This document shows, one piece after another, positions 27,587 through 36,129 of a DNA stretch of 44,996 bases. Location: positions 1 through 44,996 of the forward strand of contig JAQGKA010000504.1 of the NCBI GenBank assembly GCA_028290355.1, given 5' to 3'. The position numbers and the translations under genes were made by a program. The DNA comes from Tardiphaga sp. GTDB taxonomy: Bacteria; Pseudomonadota; Alphaproteobacteria; Rhizobiales; Xanthobacteraceae. The number at the start of each line of letters is the position of its first letter. The first letter of the stretch is position 1. The notes below the pieces were generated by a model. That model had not been told where the DNA came from and ran no database searches. It saw only the letters and a list, made by a program, of their open reading frames with translations.

Positions 27587-29929
27587 ATGGCACGCGTCGG
27601 CAACCTCGGCCGAAACCTGACGATCGGTCGCAGCATTTACGCTGTCTTCGTGCTGTTGTCCGCCGGCCTGCTGGCGTCCTGCGGCTCCGCAACTATCAGT
27701 TCCAACACCGACAGCTCCGATATCGGTGTGCTCGACAAGGTCCGCTCGCTGGACATCCTGCCCCGTCAGCCACAGCAAGTGAATGCTGTCGCGACCAACG
27801 CTGGCCAGCGAAATCGCCCGACGATGTTCGAAGGCGCGGAGGTGCCTGACGTCTCCGACGAGCGCCCGCAGCCGACCGCCACCGGCAACGGCTTCGATTT
27901 GAATTTTGAAAACACACCTGTCGCCACCGTAGCCAAAGTGGTGTTAGGCGACATCCTGGGCACGGGCTATACGATCGATCCTAGGGTGCAGGGCACCGTC
28001 AGCCTCGTCTCTGTGAGACCGGTTGCCAAATCGGACATCGTCTTTGTGCTCGAAAATGCCCTGCGGCTGAACGGAATCGTGCTTGTTCGAGACACCGCCG
28101 GTTATCGATTGACGCCGCTGGGCGACGCGGTCGGCTCAGGCCGTGTTGACGCGGCAGCCTCCAGCCCGGAGCCCGGTTTCGGTATCTCCGTGGTGCCTCT
28201 GCAATATGTTTCGGCGCAAACGCTGCTGAAATTGATGGACAGCTTCGCTACCAAAGCTGGCATGGTGCGCGCAGACGTGACGCGAAATCTCCTTCTCATT
28301 CAAGGCAGCGGCGCGGAACGTCGCACGGCCGTAGATACGGCGCTCAGCTTCGACGTCGATTGGATGCGCGGTCAATCGGTCGGAATTTTCCCCATCGTCA
28401 GCAGCAGTCCGGAATCCATTATCGCTGAGCTCGAAAAAATCGTTGATTCCGGCGAGAACGGTCTCAGCCAGAACGTCATCAAGTTTCAACCGGTCAGCCG
28501 CCTCAACGCCATCCTAGTGGTCAGCAAGAAGCCCGCGCTGCTGCGCACGGCCGCGACCTGGATCAAGCGCCTCGATCATGCGGACACCGCGAGAACCAGC
28601 GTTCACGTTTACCGGGTAAAATACGGCGAGGCACGCCAGATCGCTCGCGTGCTCACCGATATGTTCATCGGAGGATCATCCTCGAACCTGCTCGACAACG
28701 CCGACAGCCAGATCGCGCCCGGATCGGGCACTTCCGCGACGTCGAGCGCCGATCGCCTCTCATTAAATGGAAGTTCGTCGTCGTCGACTAATGGCTTCGG
28801 CTCCCGCACGGCATCCGGGACCAACGGCACGTCGGGCTTCGGCGCGCAACCCGCTGCCGGGCCAGCAGGCGTAAACGCGAATGCGTCCGGGGGCGGATCG
28901 CTCGAAAGCCGAAGCTCAGGCTCCGGTCAACCGGTGCTGCAGGGCGTCCGGATCACGCCGGATACCGTCAACAACACCCTGCTGATTTATGCGGATCAAG
29001 AAAACTACCGAGTCATCGAAGCGACGTTGCAACAGGTCGATCAACCGCAGTTGCAGGTCGCGATCGATGCGACCATCGCCGAGGTCACGCTCAATAGCGC
29101 GTTGAGCTATGGCGTTCAGTCTTACCTGACGAGTCACAATCTTGGACTGAAACCCAACCAAGGCTCCATCCTCAACACAACGGCGACGACCCCGCCGGCC
29201 ACCACTGTCGATCCAACAACCGGGGCGGCATCAGTCGCTGGATCGGTCGCCAACGCATTTATCAATCGTGCATTTCCCGGATTCAATTTCCTGATCGGAT
29301 CGGAGACGCAGCCGAGCCTGATTCTCGACGCTCTTCACGCAGTGACCAGCGTCAAGGTTCTATCCAACCCGTCCCTGGTCGTGATCAACAATCAAGCAGC
29401 GACCCTCCAGGTCGGCGACGTTGTGCCAGTTTCCACCGGCAGCGCGACGGTGTTGACGACGAGCAATACCGTCGTGAACACAATCGACTATCGCAACACG
29501 GGTATCATTCTGCGTGTTTCTCCTCGCATCAACGTCAATGGAAATGTCAGGCTTGATGTCGAACAGGAAATCAGCAACGTTTCGTCTGCAACCGCCAGCA
29601 GCTTGACGCCGACGGTCTCTGAACGAAAGGTCAAGAGTTCGATTTCGGTGGCGACTGGTCAGACGGTGCTGCTGGCCGGACTAATCAGCGAGCAGCAGAA
29701 CAACAATCGTAGCGGAATTCCCCTGCTCGACCAGATTCCCGGCTTGGGGGACGGCTTTGCTCACCAGGACAAAACAACCGCCCGCACCGAGCTCATCATC
29801 TTCATCCGGCCGCAGATTATCCGCGACAGCGCGGATGCTCATTTCGTGGCCGAAGAACTTCGAACGAAACTACGTGGAAGTATTGGCGCGAGCTTGACAA
29901 ATGAAACTCGGGTTCCTGGAATACACTGA
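27587..29929 (+). CDS. gspD: T2SS secretin D, lipoprotein (liposecretin)
   Basis: Lipobox LLASC, N0 domain (LNFEN......K.VLGDILG..Y.IDPRVQG.V), QV.IDA.IAEV, A.LQVGD.VP and TELIIFIRP.II. Confidence 0.96.
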   Translation: MARVGNLGRNLTIGRSIYAVFVLLSAGLLASCGSATISSNTDSSDIGVLDKVRSLDILPRQPQQVNAVATNAGQRNRPTMFEGAEVPDVSDERPQPTATGNGFDLNFENTPVATVAKVVLGDILGTGYTIDPRVQGTVSLVSVRPVAKSDIVFVLENALRLNGIVLVRDTAGYRLTPLGDAVGSGRVDAAASSPEPGFGISVVPLQYVSAQTLLKLMDSFATKAGMVRADVTRNLLLIQGSGAERRTAVDTALSFDVDWMRGQSVGIFPIVSSSPESIIAELEKIVDSGENGLSQNVIKFQPVSRLNAILVVSKKPALLRTAATWIKRLDHADTARTSVHVYRVKYGEARQIARVLTDMFIGGSSSNLLDNADSQIAPGSGTSATSSADRLSLNGSSSSSTNGFGSRTASGTNGTSGFGAQPAAGPAGVNANASGGGSLESRSSGSGQPVLQGVRITPDTVNNTLLIYADQENYRVIEATLQQVDQPQLQVAIDATIAEVTLNSALSYGVQSYLTSHNLGLKPNQGSILNTTATTPPATTVDPTTGAASVAGSVANAFINRAFPGFNFLIGSETQPSLILDALHAVTSVKVLSNPSLVVINNQAATLQVGDVVPVSTGSATVLTTSNTVVNTIDYRNTGIILRVSPRINVNGNVRLDVEQEISNVSSATASSLTPTVSERKVKSSISVATGQTVLLAGLISEQQNNNRSGIPLLDQIPGLGDGFAHQDKTTARTELIIFIRPQIIRDSADAHFVAEELRTKLRGSIGASLTNETRVPGIH

Positions 29930-30494
29930 TGCAGCAAAGTCGACGCCGAGTCCTGCTTTTGAGGGGCTTTGCGTTGCGATCCGGAATGTAGTTCCGCTGC
30001 GGCAGATATCGCGGGCAATCCTGCTCGTCATTTTGACATTGAACTCCGCGACGATGCAGGCTGCGCATGCCGACGGATTTAGGCGCGGGACTGCAGCCTA
30101 CTCCATGGGCGATTACGTTCGCGCGGTTAAGGAGTTGTCTCCGTTGGCGCAGCGCGGAGACGGAAAGGCGCTGGCACTACTCGGCTTCATGTACGAACAC
30201 GGCTTCGGCGCGCCGCGAGCTTATGATGTCGCTGCCGATCTCTACGCAAGATCTGCCGCTCGAGGTAATCCGTTGGCCCAGAGCCTGCTTGGATTGATGT
30301 ACGACAAGGGCCACGGCGTCCCGCAAAACGTTGTCCTCGCATATATGTGGCTCAACTTGGCCGCGGCGCGTGGTTCCAAACATGAGCGCTTAGTCTATTC
30401 AAGACTTCGCGACGCGGTCTCGTCGAAAATGACATCAGTTCAGATCATCGAGGGTCAGCGGCTGGCTTTGAACTGGGCTCCGGGACGCTGGTGA
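29901..30494 (+). CDS. Sel1-like repeat protein
   Basis: A..GD..A...LG.MY..G.G, A..GN..AQ..LG.MY..G.GVPQN...AY.W..LAA, with a hydrophobic signal segment. Overlaps the gspD stop. Confidence 0.88.
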   Translation: MKLGFLEYTDAAKSTPSPAFEGLCVAIRNVVPLRQISRAILLVILTLNSATMQAAHADGFRRGTAAYSMGDYVRAVKELSPLAQRGDGKALALLGFMYEHGFGAPRAYDVAADLYARSAARGNPLAQSLLGLMYDKGHGVPQNVVLAYMWLNLAAARGSKHERLVYSRLRDAVSSKMTSVQIIEGQRLALNWAPGRW

Positions 30495-30789
30495 CCCTGA
30501 GTTAAAGCGATTGATCCTCTCCACGGTGGCTCATCGCGCGCAGAGTCAAAGGCGTTAAAAAAACACTTGGGCCGAATTCATGGCTTTGAAATTACTCTTC
30601 GACGGCGAGGGTGTTCCGAATTCTTTATTGATGAACTCCACGACCATTTCGGTCAATGAGAAATCGACCAGAATCTAGGGGTAGCTCGATCAAATCCCGG
30701 CAGATCGGGTTGACATGTGGCTCGGCCCAGTGCGACGGGGCGCTCAAGCACAAAACGCCTTGGGGTCCGATGCGCCATCGGACAGCGTG

Positions 30790-31245
30790 GCTGGGCCCTA
30801 CGGTTGACCGCCCCTGGTTATAGGCACCTATGCTTTTACCAGTGCATTTCCGTATATTACGTTGCGCTGGTTGCGCTCCTTTTCTGCATATTGTTGACGA
30901 GCAACCTGGTGGACAGTCGTATGGGGCGCGCCATCCGCGCTCTGCGGGGGATAGGTCTCGCAGGCATTCGGGATAACTAAAGCCCGGGCAACACTTGCGG
31001 TCTTTGTTTACGCGGCGTCGCTCGCTGGCGTGTCGGCTGGCTCTACGCGCACTTTCAGCGGTTGGTTTGTCCGTGCGTTTTCGGGTTGGGTTCTGGTATC
31101 GAATGCGTTCTCATGGCGGTCTTAGGGGCGCGGGGCATGTCTACAGCGCGATCGTGGGTGCTGCGGTCGTCGTCGTCTTGCGCAGCGATTTCAAGATGTT
31201 CTGCCGAGAGTCTTGGGATCGTCAGGCAATTTGCGACACATGAAG
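30790..31245 (+). pseudogene. Degraded branched-chain amino-acid ABC permease (LivM-type)
   Basis: Fragments in different frames: YYVALV..LF..LL..NLVDSRMGRAIRALRG, LAVFVYAASLAGVS, IECVLMAVLG and GHVYSAIVGAAVVVVL. Frameshifted, with stops. Confidence 0.75.
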
Positions 31246-31608
31246 GCGATCTTGAGGGCGCAGGTTAACAGGACGGATCGCAACGATGCGTGTGATATCG
31301 CGCAGATGATGCGGGTCGGATTTTGCCGTAAGGTTCACGTACTCGCAAGAATGGCCTGACTATCGACGATGAACACCCTGGCGGTCTTGAACTCGCGGGC
31401 AATCTCCGAATTGGGCCTTATCGCGTTGTCGAGATGGATGTGTGCTCGCCCATGTGTGGTTGACGTGTGGGGATTATTTCGCTGGGTCGTCGAGATAGGG
31501 CAAACTGTCGCACCAGCGAAACAAATCACTTGTAACACGCGCTCACGCCTACTCGCTGTCTCTCGGTTCGGAGAGATACATTTTCTCGCGTCCTAAAGAA
31601 GGTATCCC

Positions 31609-33381
31609 ATGTTATCGTCGAGGCCTGTTCGTCAAAATATCCGCAGAATTCTTTGCTCATCGGCGGCGTCGTTGGTGCTTTGCTCCTCCGTCGGTCACGC
31701 TGATGATGGTGGTCGGGGCAACCATCGCGAAGATACGCAAACCCCTATCAAGCACGTCGTAGTCATCATTCCCGAGAACAGAACTTTCGACAATTACTTC
31801 GGGACCTATCCGCACGCGGCCAATATTCCCGGCGAGCAGAGCTGGCTTGCAGTGCCTGCGCCGAAATTCGTGGCGCGCCCCGGCACGCCGGCAGCCAATA
31901 TCCTGACGCCGGCATTGCTGCAGAACAATCCGAATCGAAGCTTGTTAGCGGGCCCCGCCAACCCCACGCGGCTTGGCCCCGCCGACGCCTACACCTGCGA
32001 TATGGCCCATAACTACGAGCCCGAGCAACAAGCGTACAATGGCGGGGCTGTAGATCGCTTCCCGCAGACGGCCAGCGGCAGCGGACAGGGCTGCGCGGTG
32101 GACGGCTCAACCATCATGAATTATTACGACGGCAACACCGTCCAGGCGCTGTGGAACTACGCTCAGCACTACGCCATGAGCGACAATTCCTTCTCCACCA
32201 ACTACGGCCCCACCGTGCCCGGCCACGCCAATATCATTGCGGGCAACACGCATGGTATCATCATTCACGACCCCGCCAACCCCACCAGCCCCAACACCGC
32301 CGGCTTCTACGTCAATCCGGCGGATAAATCGATAACCCTGACCGACGCCAACTTACCCGGCTATCTCGACGATTGCGGCAGCGGCCGGACTTTTGAAATG
32401 ACCGGCAAGAATGTCGGCGATCTCCTCAACGAGAAGAAAGTGACCTGGGGCTATTTCCAAGGTGGCTTCCTGCCGACCAAGCCCGCTACGTTCGATGCAA
32501 ACGGAAAGATGCTTACGCCCGCGGCTTGCGGCTCCCAGCATGTCGCCCATCAGATGGAGATCAACGGCGTCACCTATAGCGTGCAGAACCCGAGCGTTAC
32601 CCCGGGTCCGGACGTGCATAAGCTCGAGAACGACTACAGCACCGGCGTTACCCCTTTCATGAAATATGCGAGCACGCGCAACCCGCACCATCTGCGACCG
32701 AGTTCGGTGGAAATGATTGGCAAGACCGACCAGGCCAACCACCAATACGACATCTCGGATTTCGACGCGGCATTGTCCTACGGCTCATTGCCCTCGGTCA
32801 GCTACGTGAAGGCGCCGGTCTATCAATACGGCCACCCCCAAAATTCCGACCCGCTCGCCGAACAAGCCTTTCTCGTCAAGACAATCAACGCGGTCCAGAA
32901 GTCTCGCTATTGGAAAGACACTGCGATCGTCATCGTTTGGGATGATTCCGACGGCTGGTACGACCACGTCATGCCTCCGCTCTTGACGCCGTCGGCGACC
33001 GAGATCGACTTCCTGTTCGGCCCCGGCAATTGCGGCAAACCGCAACCCGGTGCCGACGCGGCGCGCTGCGGCCTCGGCCCACGCCAGCCACTGCTTGTGA
33101 TCTCGCCCTGGGCGAAATCGAACTTCGTCGATCACACGCTGACTCACCAGGCCTCGGTGCTTCGTTTCATCGAGGACAATTGGAAGCTCGGCTTCATCGA
33201 TGGCCCGGTTGCTCCTCCCGAAGGTACGGGATCCGTCGACCGGTATGCAAATTCGCTCGATAACATGTTCGACTTCAAGCGCGAGCCGAATACGCGTCCT
33301 CTCATCCTCGATCAGGTCACCGGAACGGTTGTCTCGGGTGACAACGACAGTCACGGCCACGACGACAAGCGCGACAACTGA
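31609..33381 (+). CDS. Phosphoesterase, phospholipase C/AcpA family (paralog 3)
   Basis: IKHVVVIIPENRTFDNYFG, YGPTVPGH, YGHPQNSDP, WDDSDGWYDH and GLGPRQPLLVISPW. The signal peptide contains RR. Confidence 0.93.
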   Translation: MLSSRPVRQNIRRILCSSAASLVLCSSVGHADDGGRGNHREDTQTPIKHVVVIIPENRTFDNYFGTYPHAANIPGEQSWLAVPAPKFVARPGTPAANILTPALLQNNPNRSLLAGPANPTRLGPADAYTCDMAHNYEPEQQAYNGGAVDRFPQTASGSGQGCAVDGSTIMNYYDGNTVQALWNYAQHYAMSDNSFSTNYGPTVPGHANIIAGNTHGIIIHDPANPTSPNTAGFYVNPADKSITLTDANLPGYLDDCGSGRTFEMTGKNVGDLLNEKKVTWGYFQGGFLPTKPATFDANGKMLTPAACGSQHVAHQMEINGVTYSVQNPSVTPGPDVHKLENDYSTGVTPFMKYASTRNPHHLRPSSVEMIGKTDQANHQYDISDFDAALSYGSLPSVSYVKAPVYQYGHPQNSDPLAEQAFLVKTINAVQKSRYWKDTAIVIVWDDSDGWYDHVMPPLLTPSATEIDFLFGPGNCGKPQPGADAARCGLGPRQPLLVISPWAKSNFVDHTLTHQASVLRFIEDNWKLGFIDGPVAPPEGTGSVDRYANSLDNMFDFKREPNTRPLILDQVTGTVVSGDNDSHGHDDKRDN

Positions 33382-33406
33382 AACGACTGAACCACGACAA
33401 CTAGCC

Positions 33407-33436
33407 CCGCCGCAGGCATTGCCTGCGGCGGAGTTT
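33407..33436 (+). terminator. Rho-independent terminator after phosphoesterase 3
   Basis: CCGCCGCAGGC-att-GCCTGCGGCGG (11-bp perfect stem) followed by AGTTT. Confidence 0.65.
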
Positions 33437-33484
33437 CGTCCTAGCGCACGGGCGATACTGCCCTTCTCTAGTGCTCTGCTTCCG

Positions 33485-33517
33485 AACGAAAACACCAACA
33501 GATTGCTGCGCCAATAC
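33485..33517 (+). mobile_element. Tiny IS30-family transposase remnant
   Basis: Encodes NENTNRLLRQY, matching the IS30 DDE-region motif NENTNGLLRQY. Only 11 codons are recognisable. Confidence 0.5.
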
Positions 33518-33529
33518 TGCCGCAGCTTG

Positions 33530-33670
33530 ATCGATACTGTCCGGCAACGAGACCGTCGTCTTCCAAAACGTCGATGATGAAGTTGCGAATATGCTCTTTA
33601 GTGTCGGCGATGCAGATCCGCGGCTTCACCTTTCGTGTTCCGAACGTGATTTTAGACCTATTTTCATTCC
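33530..33670 (-). pseudogene. Fragment resembling the start of a response-regulator receiver domain
   Basis: My translation TFGTRKVKPRICIADTKEHIRNFIIDVLEDDGLV fits the beta1-alpha1 pattern of a receiver domain. No complete ORF. Confidence 0.4.
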
Positions 33671-33751
33671 AATTGAACTCGTCCGTGAAACCCCACCACG
33701 TGACGATTCATATTGGCTGTCGGGAATGACATGAGCAAGGAGTCCGTTGCG

Positions 33752-34045
33752 CTATCCAGAGGGAAACTCTGATATTGTTAACCTAAACAAACCGCGTAAA
33801 ACTTGTATCGAATGGTCAGCAATGCTCGTGCAATCGGCGTCGCGATGTGCCGGGGCCACCGCCCCCTCGCAGCGTAGCACCCAATCGCCAAAACTTGCCG
33901 TTGTACGCTCCGGCGTCGACGGCACGGCGGGCGGACTGACGGGTGCCTCGAACGTTTCCTTGGATATTTCCTTCGGCGTTTGCGCGCCGGCGACCATCGG
34001 AATCAGGCACGAGGCAAGGACGCACTGGCGGGTAACACGCATCAT
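33752..34045 (-). pseudogene. Truncated invasion-associated locus B (IalB) family protein
   Basis: Signal peptide, Pro-rich linker and TTASFGDWVLRC (IalB motif), then the frame runs into unrelated AT-rich sequence. Confidence 0.65.
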
Positions 34046-34118
34046 GAATTAGTCGCCCGATGCCGCAGCAAAGCCCGCGGGCACTGGATGCCGCCGCGGA
34101 GCGCATCAGCGCATACAA

Positions 34119-34597
34119 TCACTTGACAACGGTGACGGTGAGATATTTTTCCGCCGCGAAGGTTTGCAGCGCTGCGACCTTGGCTTCGTCGACGGACGCG
34201 ATGCCGGCCTTGGCGGCGTTGCCCAGCGTGATCCACTTGTTGCCGGCGGGATCGAAGATCTTGCTGATCGGACCGACCGCCTTGGTTGCGGCATCGTAGC
34301 CGAGCAGCACGCCAGGCCGGTGACGGGATCGTTGGCCACGATGCCTTCTTCGGTCATTGCCACCGCCAGCAGCCAGGCGGTGCTGACCCGCGCCGAGGCG
34401 CCATTGCCGCTGAAGCTGCGGCGGCCAGACTGGAAGTCGTCGTCGGAAATGCCGAGCGTCGAGGCGACGAAGCCGCCGCCGATATTGACCACACCGCTTT
34501 TGGTGATGGCGATGCCGTTCGGGTTGACGAGATAGACCTGACCGTTGGCGGTGAGCGAGCCGGCGATGGTCGAGGGCGTATTGCCGGTGACGCGATT
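34119..34597 (-). pseudogene. Filamentous haemagglutinin-family (TpsA) remnant: TPS-domain piece fused to a probable C-terminal piece
   Basis: [48 protein letters not shown] contains the NPNG TPS motif. It jumps abruptly into [20 protein letters not shown] and, after a frameshift, [20 protein letters not shown]. Confidence 0.75.
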
Positions 34598-34720
34598 TCC
34601 GGTGGCAATCTCGACCGCCCCGCCCTTAAGCAGCTGTTGAAGGATATCGACGCCGGCCGGATCGACGTCATCGTCGTCTACAAGATCGACCGGCTAACCC
34701 GGTCGCTGGCCGACTCATAG
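34595..34720 (+). pseudogene. Serine recombinase (resolvase N-terminal domain) fragment
   Basis: [40 protein letters not shown], matching SG....RP.L..LL.....G.ID.IVVYK.DRL.RS. The catalytic Ser region and C-terminus are missing. Confidence 0.85.
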
Positions 34721-34744
34721 CCGAAATCAGCCGAGCAGGCGCCG

Positions 34745-35323
34745 ATGCTCCGCCCAATGCAACGCAAGGAGTTTCTCGACCCCGCTTACGGGCCGCGCTT
34801 CGCGGACCACAAGGTGAGCGATGAGATGATCGAGGCACGTTGGTCTGATGGCCAGTCCGCAGCGAATGAGATGCGCCAAGCAGAAGAAGAATGGTTGCTT
34901 GGCATCTGCCGCGACTTCGGGGTCAGCGTTCGGATTCGGCCCTTGGAGAAGGCTTATTCATACGAACGCAGTGAACTGGCCAGCGCGCTCGGGGGACTGC
35001 TCAAGGATGGGAAGCTGGAGGCCCATCCTATCGCGGGCGTCAATAATCGCTTCCTGACCAGCCTGCAGAAGGGTGAAATCGAGAATTTCGGCAGCCATTT
35101 CCAGGACAGTCCCTATGGCGACGGCTCGATCGGGGACGAACGTGCGCGCTGGAATGAGTTCAAGGCGTTCCGCGAACAGTTCGCTTGCCCAAAATGCAAA
35201 CGCACCAGATTTCAGAGGCCAATCACGCTCAAGAAGCCGATCTGTGCGCACGCCGGATGTGAGGCACAGTTCGAGTTTGCGGCCGCCGTGCTGCCGACCC
35301 CGGTCGCCGATGGTGCGACATAG
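34745..35323 (+). CDS. Hypothetical protein with a C-terminal Zn-ribbon (CPKC...CAHAGC); probably the 3' remnant of a larger gene
   Basis: 192-aa ORF with a four-Cys tail, directly abutting the recombinase fragment. Confidence 0.45.
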   Translation: MLRPMQRKEFLDPAYGPRFADHKVSDEMIEARWSDGQSAANEMRQAEEEWLLGICRDFGVSVRIRPLEKAYSYERSELASALGGLLKDGKLEAHPIAGVNNRFLTSLQKGEIENFGSHFQDSPYGDGSIGDERARWNEFKAFREQFACPKCKRTRFQRPITLKKPICAHAGCEAQFEFAAAVLPTPVADGAT

Positions 35324-35620
35324 ATGGAGGACGGTCCAAGCCGGTCAAGCTGGCGAGCGCGGCTAGCGACGCCGCTCGCGAAGATCGTCACCGATTGCCG
35401 ATATCTGAAGGAAGAGGACGAGCGCCTGACTTGTTTCAATCGCTTCGTAGAACAGCTAATGCTTCATTCCTCGCCTTCTCATATTCTCAGACACAGCACC
35501 ACCGTTCCTGTAGTTAGTCCGCCTATCACGTACACTCATCACAAACGAGGCGGTTGCGGCTCAAGAGGTGGGGCGGGATATCGGCTAGCAAATGGCAAGT
35601 GCGCTAGTCGCAAGAGATAG
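35324..35620 (+). CDS. Small hypothetical protein with a C-terminal GCGSRGGAGYRLANGKCAS motif
   Basis: 98-aa ORF whose Cys/Gly-rich tail looks like a conserved micro-domain. The start is doubtful. Confidence 0.35.
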   Translation: MEDGPSRSSWRARLATPLAKIVTDCRYLKEEDERLTCFNRFVEQLMLHSSPSHILRHSTTVPVVSPPITYTHHKRGGCGSRGGAGYRLANGKCASRKR

Positions 35621-36129
35621 TATCTTGAAACGAGCCGACTGCGCGATAACCTCAACCCATTCGCTAGACAGTGCCGAACGAGCAAAAGGGGAACGGGGAT
35701 GAAAATGCTTTTGGTGGTAGTTGCGCTGATCGCTGCCGGTCACGAGCGCCGCGACAGCGAAGCGTATCCAAAGCACCATGAAGCTAGGAACGGCGTATCT
35801 CGATGTAGACTTCGCGGTACCGCCACGGGTAAACATGAAGTTCGTAAATCTGACGGCGAACGAAAAAGGCGAAATGCCGCGCGACTCAATGATCTAGAGA
35901 TTGCCTGCAAATGATGAAAAGGGGCTGAGATTATGGACGTTTCACCGCCGTACTCGCGTAATGCGGCCAATTCGGCGAACTAGACGTATGGATGGCGTAA
36001 CTTACCTTGGGTTTTAACTGTTGTGAAAAAGATACTCCACAGAAATTTATCTTGTCTCGCCTACTACCGTCCTACGCAACGCGATATGCAAGAGGTTGTG
36101 CGACTTCTTACTTGAATTGGTGCGTGACT

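Noticed and set aside
18510-29929. Type IV or Tad pilus instead of T2SS
   Set aside because: The GspG signature, GspK, GspL/M and an N0-containing secretin identify a T2SS; no PilT or Flp/Tad genes.
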